DNA of 64,000 nucleotides from Erysipelotrichaceae bacterium (lineage in GTDB: Bacteria > Bacillota_I > Bacilli_A > RFN20 > CAG-826), in NCBI GenBank assembly GCA_015058945.1, contig SVBF01000012.1:1763-65762 (forward strand), written 5' to 3'. The position numbers and the translations under genes are program-made. Of the stretch, positions 1 through 13,936 are shown one piece after another. Position 1 is the stretch's first letter, and each line of letters starts with the position of its first letter. The notes beneath the pieces were generated by a model. That model saw only the letters and a program-made list of their open reading frames with translations, was not told the origin of the DNA and did not search any database.

Positions 1-742
1 TTTGGGCCGTAGAAGTTAAGCCAAACACATCGAGGACATCCTTTTCCTTTAACTGGTTTCCACCATAGGCGAGAGCCTGGTCCAAGATGGACAATGCGTC
101 GCGCATGCCGCCGTCGGCGAGGTCGATCACATCCTCAAGGGCGGCGTCTTCGTAAGGAACGCCTTCACGTTTAAGGATCCAAACGAGTTTCTCGCGGATG
201 TCTTTGGCGTCGATTTTGGCAAAATCGTACCTCTGGCAACGGGAGACGATGGTGGGCAGAACCTTAAAAGGTTCCGTCGTCGCCAAGATGAAGATGACGT
301 GCTCGGGCGGTTCCTCCAATGTCTTAAGAAGGGCGTTGAAGGCGCCGGGAGACATCATGTGGACTTCGTCGATGATATAGATTTTGTATTTGCCTTTGAT
401 CGGGGCGTAGCGAACTTTGTCGATGAGGTCGCGGACCTGTTCGACGCCGTTATTGCTCGCCGCGTCGATCTCGATGACGTCCGGATGAGAAGAGGAGTTC
501 ATCGCAAGACAGTTGGAGCAATGGTTGCATTGATGACCCAAACCCTCCTCGCAGTTCAAAGCCTTGGCAAAAAGGCGCGCCATGGAGGTTTTGCCGGTGC
601 CGCGGGGGCCACAGAAGAGGTAAGCGTGGGCGATTTTGTTGTTTTCGATCGCGTTGCGCATCGTGCGGACGATGGAACGCTGGCCGGCGACTTCGTCAAA
701 GGTACTCGGCCGGTATTTGTTGTAGAGTGCTTTGTATGCCAT
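1..742 (-). CDS. dnaX: DNA polymerase III subunit gamma/tau (5' part; runs off the window edge)
   Basis: Manual minus-strand translation from ATG at 742: [21 protein letters not shown]...[15 protein letters not shown]...[11 protein letters not shown]...IIDEVHM...[11 protein letters not shown]...SRCQR. Missing from the ORF track because it is truncated. Confidence 0.96.
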   Translation of the reverse strand, partial: MAYKALYNKYRPSTFDEVAGQRSIVRTMRNAIENNKIAHAYLFCGPRGTGKTSMARLFAKALNCEEGLGHQCNHCSNCLAMNSSSHPDVIEIDAASNNGVEQVRDLIDKVRYAPIKGKYKIYIIDEVHMMSPGAFNALLKTLEEPPEHVIFILATTEPFKVLPTIVSRCQRYDFAKIDAKDIREKLVWILKREGVPYEDAALEDVIDLADGGMRDALSILDQALAYGGNQLKEKDVLDVFGLTSTAQ

Positions 743-825
743 TAGATGAAATTATAACGGCCAAGCGCGCGACTTCCTAGGGTCTAATCATAGATTAGTT
801 ATCGTTTTATACCCGCTCACTCTAA

Positions 826-834
826 TGCTATAAT
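826..834 (+). promoter_or_regulatory. Extended -10 promoter element (TGcTATAAT) for the prfA operon
   Basis: TGCTATAAT about 22 nt upstream of the prfA ATG, divergent from dnaX. Confidence 0.6.
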
Positions 835-855
835 GCGCAGCGGTAGGTTCGAAAC

Positions 856-1947
856 ATGGAAGAATCGATGAGAAAACGGCTTGAAGCCACCAAAACGCGT
901 TATCAACAACTCGAAAACGAGCTTGGCAAAGAAGACGCCGCGAACGATTTGGCGTCGTTCACCAAGATGACCAAAGAGCAGGCGGATCTCCGTCAAGCTT
1001 ATGAGGCATACCTTATTTATTTAAAGGCGGAACAAGACGTCGCCGATTCGTTTGAGATGGAAAACTCGGGCGATCCCGAACTCGCCGAATTCGCCAAGGA
1101 GACCCGTAAGGAAGCTCAGGAAAAGATGGAGCGCCTCGAAGAGGAATTCAAAGTCATCCTGTTGCCCAAGGATCCTAATGACGACAAGAACATCATAGTC
1201 GAAATCCGTGGCGCGGTCGGCGGGGACGAAGCCAACATCTTCGCAGGTGACCTCTTCCGCATGTATTCCAAATACGCCGAAAAGCAGGGCTGGAAAATCC
1301 AACTCCTCGACGCTTCTTTGGGCGCCTCTGGCGGTTATTCCTCTGTTTCGTTCATGATCAAAGGCGATTCGGTTTATTCCAAACTTAAGTTTGAATCCGG
1401 CGCCCATCGCGTTCAACGCGTCCCGAAGACCGAGGCCAGCGGTCGCATCCATACCTCCACGGCGACGGTTCTCGTCATGCCCGAGGCAAAGGAAGTCGAC
1501 GTTCAGATCAACCCCTCGGATTTGAAGATCGATACGTATCACTCCCAAGGCGCGGGCGGACAAAACGTCAACAAGACCGAATCCGCGGTTCGCATCACCC
1601 ATATCCCCACCGGCATCGTCGCGGCCTGCCAGACCGAAAAGGCCCAGCTCCAAAACAAAGAGATCGCGATGCAGATGATTCGCGCGAAGGTCTTTGCCTT
1701 CTTCCAGGAACAGGAAGACGCCAAACGCGCGACGGAACGCAAATTGAAGGTCGGCACCGGCGAACGCTCGGAAAAGATCCGCACCTATAACTACCCGCAA
1801 AACAGGGTCACCGATCACCGCGTCGGCTATACCATCAACCAGCTCGACCGCGTCATGGAGGGCGAACTCGATTCGATCATTGAGGCGCTCATCCACTTCG
1901 ACCAAGAACAAAAGCTCCTCGAGCAGGAAAAGGAAACGAATGCCTAA
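856..1947 (+). CDS. prfA: Peptide chain release factor 1
   Basis: GGQ motif, RF1 PxT motif (RVQRVPKTE), [16 protein letters not shown]; followed by prmC. Confidence 0.98.
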   Translation: MEESMRKRLEATKTRYQQLENELGKEDAANDLASFTKMTKEQADLRQAYEAYLIYLKAEQDVADSFEMENSGDPELAEFAKETRKEAQEKMERLEEEFKVILLPKDPNDDKNIIVEIRGAVGGDEANIFAGDLFRMYSKYAEKQGWKIQLLDASLGASGGYSSVSFMIKGDSVYSKLKFESGAHRVQRVPKTEASGRIHTSTATVLVMPEAKEVDVQINPSDLKIDTYHSQGAGGQNVNKTESAVRITHIPTGIVAACQTEKAQLQNKEIAMQMIRAKVFAFFQEQEDAKRATERKLKVGTGERSEKIRTYNYPQNRVTDHRVGYTINQLDRVMEGELDSIIEALIHFDQEQKLLEQEKETNA

Positions 1948-2785
1948 GATTTACGAGACCTACCTCGCCGCGATGAATAACGGCAAGGAACATGGTGTCA
2001 CCTCCCAGGAAATCCGCACCCTGATCGCCTATGAAATGGGCTATCCCGAGCCAATCGACACTTTGTATCACAAAGACGAAGAATTCACCAAAATCGAGCA
2101 ATTCCAAGTCGATTTTGCAAAGTTATTGCAGGGAATGCCCGTGGAATATGTGATTAATCAGGCCTCATTTTTGCATACGAAGCTATATGTCGACCCACGT
2201 GTCTTAATTCCGAGAATGGAGACGGAGGAACTCGTCGCGAACCTCTCCGAACGCATCACGGACTATTACGATCCCCGTAACTATTTGGTCTGCGCGGACA
2301 TCGGCACAGGGTCCGGCGCGATCCTATGCGCCCTCCGCCCGCTTTTCCCCAATTGGGTGCTCCTCGGCAGCGATCTTTCGGAGCAAGCCTTGGAAGTCGC
2401 GAAGAAGAACGTCAAAGATAATGGGGTGCGCGCCACGTTAATGCAGGGGCGTAGCCTCGAACCCTATATCGCGACTAAGACCAACCTGGATATCATCGTT
2501 TCTAACCCGCCCTATATCGTCAATAAGGACGAGGTTCAGGACTCGGTGAAGAACTATGAGCCGGAGGAGGCGCTTTATCTCGATAAGGAACACTCGGTGT
2601 ACGAGGAGATTTTCCGCGACCATCAAAAGGTCAAAAAGGGCTCGCTGCTCATGATGTTTGAAATCGGATATGACCTCGAGGAATATCTGACCGACCTCAT
2701 GAAGCGGTATCTCAAGGACTACGACTACGAATTCATCAAAGACCTGAACGGCCTCACCCGTTTCCTGTTAGTCTTTTGTAGGTAG
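1940..2785 (+). CDS. prmC: Release factor glutamine methyltransferase PrmC/HemK
   Basis: [24 protein letters not shown] motifs; ATG at 1940 overlaps the end of prfA. Confidence 0.95.
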   Translation: MPKIYETYLAAMNNGKEHGVTSQEIRTLIAYEMGYPEPIDTLYHKDEEFTKIEQFQVDFAKLLQGMPVEYVINQASFLHTKLYVDPRVLIPRMETEELVANLSERITDYYDPRNYLVCADIGTGSGAILCALRPLFPNWVLLGSDLSEQALEVAKKNVKDNGVRATLMQGRSLEPYIATKTNLDIIVSNPPYIVNKDEVQDSVKNYEPEEALYLDKEHSVYEEIFRDHQKVKKGSLLMMFEIGYDLEEYLTDLMKRYLKDYDYEFIKDLNGLTRFLLVFCR

Positions 2786-2793
2786 GTGATCAT

Positions 2794-3837
2794 ATGGAAA
2801 CCAAATGCATTGAGTGGAAAGACGCTAGCTTAGCCAAAGATGCGCTTCTAAACGGCGAAGTGGCGCTTTTCCCAACCGAAACCGTATATGGCATCGCGGC
2901 CATTCCGACGAGCGAAGAAGCGGTCGACGCCTTAAGGAAAGCCAAAGGAAGGCCGGACAACAAACCATTCACCTTGATGTGCTCCAGTTTGGCCCAAGTC
3001 GTGCAATATTGTGAAGTGAATGCGGGCATCTCCGAGGCGATGAAGCGTTTCATGCCAGGCCAAGTCACCTTCCTCCTCCGCGGGCGAAAGGGCATTTCCC
3101 CGCTCATTGATTTAGGGACGGGCGTCGTGGGCGTACGCGTTCCGGATAGCCAAGAGGTGTTGGGTCTCATCGACTCGATCGGATCGCCGCTACTCGTTTC
3201 CAGCGCGAACCGTTCCGGCATGGCTCCCGCGCTAAACTTCGGACAGGCCAAAGAGATTTTCGAGGGATACGTGCCACTAATTATTAAAGGCGATTGCGTT
3301 TCCGACGTGCCCTCCACCATCGTGGATTTCACCAAAGAAGAACCCAAATTGATCCGCCAAGGAACGGTCGGATTCGAGGAAATACTTCACGCGTTCAACG
3401 AAGGCAAAAAGACGATTGCCATCGGCAGCGACCATGGCGGTTTCCTTTATAAGGAAGCCATCGCGAAACATTTGAAAGAGAACGGCTATTCCGTCATCGA
3501 TTGTGGCTGCCCTTCGACTTCCAGCGTCGACTACCCGCTTTATGGAAAAGAAGTAGGCCGCCTCGTCGCCGACAAAAAGGCGGAGTTTGGCGTCGTGGTC
3601 TGCACTTCGGGAATCGGCATTTCCATCGCCGCGAACAAAATACCTGGTATCAGGTGCGGTCTCGCCTACGATGACGTCGTCGCGGGCAAGATGCGCGAAC
3701 ATAACGACGCAAACGTCGTTGCCTTTGGGCAAAAGTACATGTCCATCGAAGATGTGCTGCGTCGTCTGGATATTTTCCTGACTGAGAAATTCTCCGTCGA
3801 GGAGAAACATCATCGCCGGGTCGACGAAATCGAATAA
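2794..3837 (+). CDS. Fusion of threonylcarbamoyl-AMP synthase (TsaC/Sua5/YrdC) and ribose-5-phosphate isomerase B
   Basis: N-terminal FPTETVYG, KGRP..KP, SSAN.SG, PSTIVD; C-terminal IAIGSDHGG, DYP, CTSGIGISIAANK, REHNDANV, HHRRV. Confidence 0.92.
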   Translation: METKCIEWKDASLAKDALLNGEVALFPTETVYGIAAIPTSEEAVDALRKAKGRPDNKPFTLMCSSLAQVVQYCEVNAGISEAMKRFMPGQVTFLLRGRKGISPLIDLGTGVVGVRVPDSQEVLGLIDSIGSPLLVSSANRSGMAPALNFGQAKEIFEGYVPLIIKGDCVSDVPSTIVDFTKEEPKLIRQGTVGFEEILHAFNEGKKTIAIGSDHGGFLYKEAIAKHLKENGYSVIDCGCPSTSSVDYPLYGKEVGRLVADKKAEFGVVVCTSGIGISIAANKIPGIRCGLAYDDVVAGKMREHNDANVVAFGQKYMSIEDVLRRLDIFLTEKFSVEEKHHRRVDEIE

Positions 3838-3878
3838 GTTTTTGATCCAAAACAGGTCTTTGCCGCCTATATGTAGGT

Positions 3879-5045
3879 GTGAAAGACCTTTTTGTTTGCC
3901 CTAGATGTGGAAATAAGGACCCGGAATACATCGGGACGAAGAACGGCAAGCCATATTGTCGGCGATGCATCAGTTTTGCCGGAGAGCCTGTCGTCTCCGG
4001 ACCGACGAAACCGAAAAACGTCGTTTTGGATTTGGCTTATAGCCTTTCAAAGGAGCAAAAGGAGTTGTCGGACCAAATCATCCTCAATTTCAAAGCGGGC
4101 ATCGATACCCTCGTTTATGCGGTGTGCGGTTCGGGAAAAACCGAGATTTCCTATGGCGTCATCGCTTATGCGATGGCTAAAGGGTTGAATGTCGGTTTCG
4201 CCTTGCCTCGCCGCGACGTCGTCATCGAGTTGTTCCATCGCCTCAAGGAAGCCTTTCCGAACAACAGCATCGTCGCCGTATATGGCTCCCACACGAGGAC
4301 GTTAAAAGGCGACTGTATCATCTTGACCACCCACCAGCTATATCGATATCCGAAATACTTTGACTTGCTCGTGATGGACGAAATCGATGCGTTCCCGTTC
4401 AAAGGAGACGAGACCTTGATCGCTTTCTATAAACGCTCCCTCCGCGGCCATTGCGTCATGATGAGCGCGACGCCATCCAAGGATATCGTCCGCGAGTATC
4501 GAAAACCCGGTCGCGACATGCTTTCCCTTCGCACCCGTTATCACAAGAAACCGATACCCGTCCCCAAGGCACGGATCAGCTTTGGCCCTTGGAAGTACGT
4601 GACGCTGATCCAAAAACTTCGCGAGTACGGAAAGAAAAAGAAGCAGTGCTTGGTCTTTGTTCCGTCGGTCTCGATGGCGGAAAGCCTGTTTCGCTTCGTT
4701 CGCCTTTTCGTAAAGGGCGGGAATTACGTCTCTTCAAAGCGCGACGGCAGACCAGAGATCATCCAAGCGTTCAAGGAAAGGAAATACGCCTATCTCATTA
4801 CCACCGCGGTACTCGAGCGCGGGGTGACGATCCGCGACCTCCAGGTCATCGTCTTCGGGTCGGATAACCGGATTTACGATTCTGCCGCGCTCATCCAAAT
4901 CGCGGGTAGGGCAGGGCGAAAGGCCGACGCTCCAAAAGGGGAGGTTTTGTTCTTGGCGAATGAGGAGACTAAGGGGATGAAAGATGCGATCAAAGAAATC
5001 CGTTATTGCAACACCTTCCTGCAAAGTGTGCCATCGAAAAATTGA
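3879..5045 (+). CDS. comFA: ComFA-like DEAD/DEAH helicase (competence)
   Basis: N-terminal CPRC/CRRC zinc motif, AVCGSGKTE, DEIDAFPF, TAVLERGVT, QIAGRAGRK. Confidence 0.9.
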   Translation: MKDLFVCPRCGNKDPEYIGTKNGKPYCRRCISFAGEPVVSGPTKPKNVVLDLAYSLSKEQKELSDQIILNFKAGIDTLVYAVCGSGKTEISYGVIAYAMAKGLNVGFALPRRDVVIELFHRLKEAFPNNSIVAVYGSHTRTLKGDCIILTTHQLYRYPKYFDLLVMDEIDAFPFKGDETLIAFYKRSLRGHCVMMSATPSKDIVREYRKPGRDMLSLRTRYHKKPIPVPKARISFGPWKYVTLIQKLREYGKKKKQCLVFVPSVSMAESLFRFVRLFVKGGNYVSSKRDGRPEIIQAFKERKYAYLITTAVLERGVTIRDLQVIVFGSDNRIYDSAALIQIAGRAGRKADAPKGEVLFLANEETKGMKDAIKEIRYCNTFLQSVPSKN

Positions 5046-5637
5046 ACAAAATTCGCTTTTTTCTTTGATTTTTGCGGAGAAAACGATTTGCATTCGGTGC
5101 TTTTTTGCGTTGAAACCGCGCTGGGTCACACGCCGCTTTGGCAAGGTAAAAGTCCACTGGCTCTACCCTTATGAAGAGGCGTTTCAAAACCTGCTTTACC
5201 TCTACAAAGGATGCGGTGACATCGAGCTCTCGACCGTCTTCCTCGAACGCGTCAAACCCTACCTTAGACTGCGTTATTTTCGCCATGTCATCATCCCTGC
5301 CCCCTCCGCGGAAAAGCGCATCGCCGAGCGTGGCTATGACCATGTCCCGTTGATCTTTCAGGGCATTGGGAAAGGCATCGTCCACGCCATCGTCAAAACC
5401 TCGGACGTCAAGCAAAGCGACCAGAACAAAGAGGGGCGAAAGAGGATTGGCAACTACCTCGCCCTGCTACCAAAAGTGAACATCTCCGGAGAACGCATCC
5501 TCTTTGTTGACGACGTCATGACCACCGGCTCAACGGTTCGTGCCTGCTTGAGGCTTTTACGGAAACTGCGTCCAAAATCCATTGAGGTTTTCGTGCTGGC
5601 GAAAGTGGGGAAAAAAGACCACGTCGGCTCCTCGTAA
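4984..5637 (+). CDS. comFC: ComFC-like phosphoribosyltransferase (competence)
   Basis: CxxC...CxxC, ERGYD, VDDVMTTGST; directly after comFA; exact start uncertain. Confidence 0.88.
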   Translation: MRSKKSVIATPSCKVCHRKIEQNSLFSLIFAEKTICIRCFFALKPRWVTRRFGKVKVHWLYPYEEAFQNLLYLYKGCGDIELSTVFLERVKPYLRLRYFRHVIIPAPSAEKRIAERGYDHVPLIFQGIGKGIVHAIVKTSDVKQSDQNKEGRKRIGNYLALLPKVNISGERILFVDDVMTTGSTVRACLRLLRKLRPKSIEVFVLAKVGKKDHVGSS

Positions 5638-5730
5638 TGCATGCATTTATGCGACGCGCGCTCGCTTTATTGCCCGCGAGATAACTAGATGATATGATTT
5701 ACGGGCACTTTTGAGTAAGGAGAGAGAATT

Positions 5731-8787
<3,057 letters not shown>

Positions 8788-8791
8788 CCCC

Positions 8792-9904
8792 ATGAGAGAG
8801 CTTGTCGAATTAAAACAAAAAGCGACCGAGCTCGGACGCTTGGTCAATCAGCTCGGCGACTCCCTCGACCTTCCGAAAATTCGCGCCGAGGTCGCCTCGC
8901 TTGAGGCCAAGCAAAACGAGGACGGTTTTTGGGATGACCCCAATTCCGCGAAAGTGGTCATGGCCCGTTACTCCGCGCTAACGAATAAGCTGGGCGTGTA
9001 TGAAAAATCCATGGCGTCCTATCGCGATATCACCGACTTACTCGCCGAAGCTTCGGAAAAAGACGAGGAGATGCTCGAACTCATTTTCTCCATGGAAGAA
9101 GATCTTGGAAAAGAATGCGAAGACCTTCGCCATAAATTGCTTTTCTCCGGCGAATACGACGCCTTGAACTGCACCTTGGAAATCCATCCGGGCGCCGGCG
9201 GAACCGAAGCGCAGGATTGGGCCCAAATGCTTTTGCGCATGTATGGCCGTTTCTGCGAACGCAATAACTTCAAACTTCAGGTCCTCGATATTGAGGAAGG
9301 CGACGAGGCTGGCATCAAATCCGCGACGATCAAAATCTGCGGACAAGATGCCTATGGCTCGATGAAAGGGGAGAAGGGCGTTCACCGTTTGGTGCGCATT
9401 TCGCCTTTCGACGCCGCGGCCAGACGTCACACAAGCTTTGCTTCGGTCAACGTCATTCCCGAATTCGGCGCGATCAGCGACATCGAAATCGACCCCAAGG
9501 ATTTGCGTGTCGACACGTATCGTTCCGGCGGCGCAGGCGGCCAAAACGTCAACAAAGTCTCTTCGGCCGTGCGTATCACCCACATACCCACCGGAATCGT
9601 CGTTCAATGTCAGGTCGAACGTTCACAGCTCATGAACAAAGCGACCTGTATGTCCATGCTTACCGACCTCCTCATGCAGCGCAAACTCGAGGAAAGAGAC
9701 CGTGAACTCAAGTCGATCCAGGGTGAGCAAAAGAACATCGAATGGGGCAGCCAGATCCGCAGCTATGTCTTCCAGCCCTACACCATGGTGAAAGACCATC
9801 GCACCGATTATCAAACCGGCGACGTCAACGGCGTCATGGACGGGGACATCCTTCCCTTCATTTATGCGTATTTAGAATCCGAGGCGAGGAATAATGCGGG
9901 ATAA
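8792..9904 (+). CDS. prfB: Peptide chain release factor 2 (uninterrupted ORF, no programmed frameshift)
   Basis: SPF motif (RISPFD), [12 protein letters not shown]; follows secA. Confidence 0.97.
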   Translation: MRELVELKQKATELGRLVNQLGDSLDLPKIRAEVASLEAKQNEDGFWDDPNSAKVVMARYSALTNKLGVYEKSMASYRDITDLLAEASEKDEEMLELIFSMEEDLGKECEDLRHKLLFSGEYDALNCTLEIHPGAGGTEAQDWAQMLLRMYGRFCERNNFKLQVLDIEEGDEAGIKSATIKICGQDAYGSMKGEKGVHRLVRISPFDAAARRHTSFASVNVIPEFGAISDIEIDPKDLRVDTYRSGGAGGQNVNKVSSAVRITHIPTGIVVQCQVERSQLMNKATCMSMLTDLLMQRKLEERDRELKSIQGEQKNIEWGSQIRSYVFQPYTMVKDHRTDYQTGDVNGVMDGDILPFIYAYLESEARNNAG

Positions 9905-10880
9905 AAAGGCAGTCCTAAAACTGGTTCACCATTACATTTTGATCACCATCGGATGCTTCGTCCTCGCTTTTGGCGACGCGGCGTTCATTTCCCCATTAGG
10001 GCTCGTCACCGGTGGCGTTTTGTCCATCGGCGTCATCGCGCAACATTTCATCAATCTGGCCGGCAGCGACTTTTATGTCGTCGACATCGTCACCTGGGGC
10101 GTGCAGATTTTGTTGCTGGGCGTCAGCTTTCTCTTCCTGGGCAAGAAATTCACGTTGCGTTCGCTGTTTGCGACGTTGATTTACCCTGCCTTCTTCACGA
10201 TACTGATCCGTGTCCCGATGATCGGATCCCAAAGCGTTGGGAATTACATCGCCCGTTATTTCATCAGCGATCCCAAGGATTACGGTTTGATCACCCTTGC
10301 CGCTTTGGCGGGCGGTGCGCTTATCGGCGCTGGGGTAGGCATTTGCTACCATGGCGGCGGTTCCACCGGCGGGCTTGACGTGATTTCGGTCATCGTCGCG
10401 AAGAAGACGCCGGTCAGGGAAGCGACAAGTGCCTTTATCATGGATGGCCTTCTCGTGATCATTGGCATGATTTGCATGCGCGACGTCGTGAGCGGCATCA
10501 TTGGCGTGCTCGGCGCTTTTGCTTGCGCCATCGGCGTCCAATACGTCTACGTCAACACCGCTTCCTTCGTCATCGCGGACATCATTTCTTCGGAGACGGA
10601 GAAAATCCAAACCTATGTGCATGAGACGATGGACCGCGCGACCACCGTCATCGATGTGACCGGTGGCTATAGTGGCGAATCGAAGAAAATCCTTCGCGTC
10701 GCCTTTTCCAAACGTGAATTATCTGCCTTCCGAACCTTCATCGGTCAGGTCGATCCCAGGGCGTTTGTGACCTTTACCCAAGCCTCCATGATCAACGGTG
10801 AAGGCTTTGATCCTCTCGTATCGAAAACCACGATAGATTTCGCGAAAAAGAACTCAAAGGACGAGGATTTGCATGGATAA
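9894..10880 (+). CDS. YitT family membrane protein
   Basis: [12 protein letters not shown], multiple TM segments, C-terminal GGYS...DPRAF domain. Confidence 0.85.
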   Translation: MRDKKAVLKLVHHYILITIGCFVLAFGDAAFISPLGLVTGGVLSIGVIAQHFINLAGSDFYVVDIVTWGVQILLLGVSFLFLGKKFTLRSLFATLIYPAFFTILIRVPMIGSQSVGNYIARYFISDPKDYGLITLAALAGGALIGAGVGICYHGGGSTGGLDVISVIVAKKTPVREATSAFIMDGLLVIIGMICMRDVVSGIIGVLGAFACAIGVQYVYVNTASFVIADIISSETEKIQTYVHETMDRATTVIDVTGGYSGESKKILRVAFSKRELSAFRTFIGQVDPRAFVTFTQASMINGEGFDPLVSKTTIDFAKKNSKDEDLHG

Positions 10881-12852
10881 TCGTCCATTTAAACTCTTTT
10901 CCCCCTTCACTCCCACGGGCGATCAGCCGGCGGCGATCGAGGCGATTTTAAATGGCGTAAACGCTGGCAAAAAGATCCAGGTCATCAAAGGCGCGACGGG
11001 CACGGGCAAGACCTTTACCGACGCGAACATCGTTGCCGCCTTGAATCGCCCGACCCTCGTCATGGTCCATAACAAGACCTTGGCGGCCCAACTCTATGGC
11101 GAGTTCAAAGAGCTCTTCCCCGAGAACAGGGTGGAATACTTCATTTCGAACTTCGATTTCTATCAGCCCGAAGCTTATCTGCCTAAATCGGATACCTACA
11201 TCGACAAAAGCGCCGTCATGAACGAGGAGATCGACATGATGCGCACCTCCGCGATGAACTCGGTGTTGTCGCGCCGCGACACGATCGTCGTGGCCTCCGT
11301 CGCCGCGATTTATGGCTTGTCCGACCCAAACGAATACAAAGGATTGATCTTTGAAATCCGTGTGGGTGAGGAATTGAACCGCCGAGAACTCTATCAGCAT
11401 TTGCTCGACGCCCAATACACTCGGAACAACATCGAACTAAAGCCAGGTTCCTTCCGCGTCCACGGCGACATCATCGACATCGCTCCCGCCACACATGACT
11501 TCTACATTCGCTTGGACTTGTTCGGCGACGAGGTGGAATCGATCGCCCAAGTCAATATCGTCACCGGGGTCGTCGAAAAGACCTATGCGACATATCCGAT
11601 CTTCCCGGCCTATGACCATGCTTCGACGCGCAAAAGGATCGAGGCGGCCTGCGAAACGATTTCCGAAGAACTCGAGGAACGCCTCGCCTTCTTCCGTTCC
11701 CAGGGCAAATTGCTCGAGGCGGAGCGCTTAGAAATGCGCACCCGTCAGGACATGGAATCGATGCGCGAATTTGGCCGTTGCCCGGGCATTGAGAACTATT
11801 CCCGCCACATCGATGGGCGTAAGCCGGGTCAGCGTCCTTTCTCCTTGATCGACTACATGCCAAAGGACTTCTTGCTGCTTCTCGACGAATCCCATGTCAC
11901 GATTCCGCAGATACGCGGCATGTTCAACGGAGACCGATCTCGTAAACAAACACTGGTCGAATATGGCTTCCGCCTTCCCAGTGCGCTGGACAATCGCCCG
12001 CTGAACTTTGAGGAATTCGAGGGTCTTATGCCAGACAGCGTCGTTTGTACTTCGGCTACGCCGGGTGACTATGAGCTCGAAAAATGTGGCGGGGAAGTGG
12101 TGGAACAGATCATCCGTCCCACCGGTTTGCTCGACCCCGTCATCGAAGTCCGTCCGACCATGGGCCAGGTTTTCGACCTCATCGGCGAGATCAAAAAGCG
12201 CATCGAGAAAGGCGAGAGGACGATGGTCGTCACCTCCACCATCAAGATGGCCGAGGACCTCACGTCCTATTTGAAAGACGAGGGACTGAAGGTCACCTAT
12301 CTCCATAACGAGACCAAGACTTTGGAACGCACGGAGATCATCTATCAGCTCCGCAAAGGAAAATATGACGTCCTCGTCGGCATTAACCTGTTGCGAGAGG
12401 GTTTGGATATCCCCGAAGTGTCGCTCATCGCGATTTTCGACGCCGACAAAGAAGGCTTCCTTCGCTCAACCCGTTCCTTGATCCAAGTCATCGGGCGTGC
12501 GGCGAGGAACGCAAACGGCAAAGTCATCATGTACGCGGACACCTTCAGCGAATCCATGATGGAAGCGATCGCCGAGACCAAGTACCGCCGCGAAAAACAA
12601 ATGGCCTACAACGAGATGTACGGCATCGTGCCGACCACCATCAAAAAGGAAATCAGACCGCCGCTCCATAACAGTGAGGACGAAGTCGAAGCCGTGGCCC
12701 GTAAGGAAGCCAAGGCGAGCCGCAGCGAACTACAACGCATGATCGCCGACCTAGAGAAACAGATGAAGGCCGCGGCGAAGGAATACGATTTTGAACGCGC
12801 GGCGAAACTGCGTGACATCATGTTCGAATTGAAGGCGGAATTGAACGGTTAA
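10873..12852 (+). CDS. uvrB: Excinuclease ABC subunit B
   Basis: GATGTGKTFT, HNKTLAAQLY, FYQPEAY, DESH, GINLLREGLD, C-terminal UVR motif FERAAKLRD. Confidence 0.98.
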   Translation: MDNRPFKLFSPFTPTGDQPAAIEAILNGVNAGKKIQVIKGATGTGKTFTDANIVAALNRPTLVMVHNKTLAAQLYGEFKELFPENRVEYFISNFDFYQPEAYLPKSDTYIDKSAVMNEEIDMMRTSAMNSVLSRRDTIVVASVAAIYGLSDPNEYKGLIFEIRVGEELNRRELYQHLLDAQYTRNNIELKPGSFRVHGDIIDIAPATHDFYIRLDLFGDEVESIAQVNIVTGVVEKTYATYPIFPAYDHASTRKRIEAACETISEELEERLAFFRSQGKLLEAERLEMRTRQDMESMREFGRCPGIENYSRHIDGRKPGQRPFSLIDYMPKDFLLLLDESHVTIPQIRGMFNGDRSRKQTLVEYGFRLPSALDNRPLNFEEFEGLMPDSVVCTSATPGDYELEKCGGEVVEQIIRPTGLLDPVIEVRPTMGQVFDLIGEIKKRIEKGERTMVVTSTIKMAEDLTSYLKDEGLKVTYLHNETKTLERTEIIYQLRKGKYDVLVGINLLREGLDIPEVSLIAIFDADKEGFLRSTRSLIQVIGRAARNANGKVIMYADTFSESMMEAIAETKYRREKQMAYNEMYGIVPTTIKKEIRPPLHNSEDEVEAVARKEAKASRSELQRMIADLEKQMKAAAKEYDFERAAKLRDIMFELKAELNG

Positions 12853-12854
12853 TT

Positions 12855-13472
12855 ATGCAATTCTCGGTTTATTTATTCGATTTTGACGGGACTTTGTGCG
12901 ATACCAGAGTCTCCCTTATCCCGGTTTTTCGCGCCGGATTCGCGGCGGCAGGAAGAGAGGTTACCGAAGAGGAATGCGAGCGCTGGATGCATCTGAACCT
13001 ATACCAATCGCTCGTCGATAGCGGTATCCCCGAAGAAGACTACCAGAAGGTCGTCGACGCCATCATCGCTTCCCTCGACATGCCGGAATCGATCGCGCTA
13101 ATTCAACCCTATCGAGAGATGGTCGGCGTCTTGACCAAGCTCCATCATAGCGGCAAGCGCCTTGGCATCGTGTCCAACAACACCTCCACCCATATCCGCC
13201 TCGTCCTCGATACGTTGGATATCCATATCCCCTTCGATTGCATCGTCGGCTCGGATATGTTCACCCACGGCAAACCGAGCGCGGAACCAATCGAGACGGC
13301 GTTAGAAATTCTTGGCGAACAAAAAGGGGAGCACGTCGTTTACGTGGGCGATTCGCTTCAAGACCCCGAATGCGGCCATAACGCGGGCATCGCCGGCATC
13401 CTCGTCGACCGCGAGGGCAAGGAAAAGGATTATGTCGGGGCGAAAATCGCTTCCCTCGATGAGTTACTGTAG
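12855..13472 (+). CDS. HAD family hydrolase (phosphoglycolate phosphatase-like)
   Basis: FDFDGT, KP, VGDS motifs. Confidence 0.88.
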   Translation: MQFSVYLFDFDGTLCDTRVSLIPVFRAGFAAAGREVTEEECERWMHLNLYQSLVDSGIPEEDYQKVVDAIIASLDMPESIALIQPYREMVGVLTKLHHSGKRLGIVSNNTSTHIRLVLDTLDIHIPFDCIVGSDMFTHGKPSAEPIETALEILGEQKGEHVVYVGDSLQDPECGHNAGIAGILVDREGKEKDYVGAKIASLDELL

Positions 13473-13568
13473 ACAAAAGGTGGAGGAACGAGCGCATTCG
13501 CCTTATTGTCAAAGACAATTCGATAGAGTATCGTTATTTGGCGCATTTGGCGCGGAAAGGATCCGATC

Positions 13569-13847
13569 ATGAAATGGTATGACATCATCTTCATCATTGT
13601 CTCGTTGATCATCATCATCCTTTCTTTGCTCCAAGGCGGTAAGACCGGCGGCGCTTCTGGCGCGATCACCGGTGGTGGACTCAACGTCTTCGCCAAGACG
13701 AAAGAACGCGGCTCCGAAAAAGTGGTCACCTGGCTCACCTTCGGCTTCGCGGTCCTCTTCCTCTTCATGGCCCTGATCATCTCGGTCATGTCCGGCAACG
13801 GCGCCGCATCCTCTTCCGCGGCCGAGTCCATGTCCCTCGCCTCCTGA
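13569..13847 (+). CDS. secG: Preprotein translocase subunit SecG
   Basis: Two TM helices with LLQ-GK-GG-SGAI-GG loop and KERG motif. Confidence 0.9.
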   Translation: MKWYDIIFIIVSLIIIILSLLQGGKTGGASGAITGGGLNVFAKTKERGSEKVVTWLTFGFAVLFLFMALIISVMSGNGAASSSAAESMSLAS

Positions 13848-13936
13848 TCGTAACGAGGCGAACCAAGGCGGTCTTCAGGACCGTTTTTCTTTTGTTTCCT
13901 ATAGGAAAAAAGAATAGAAGTGATACCATCTTTTGC

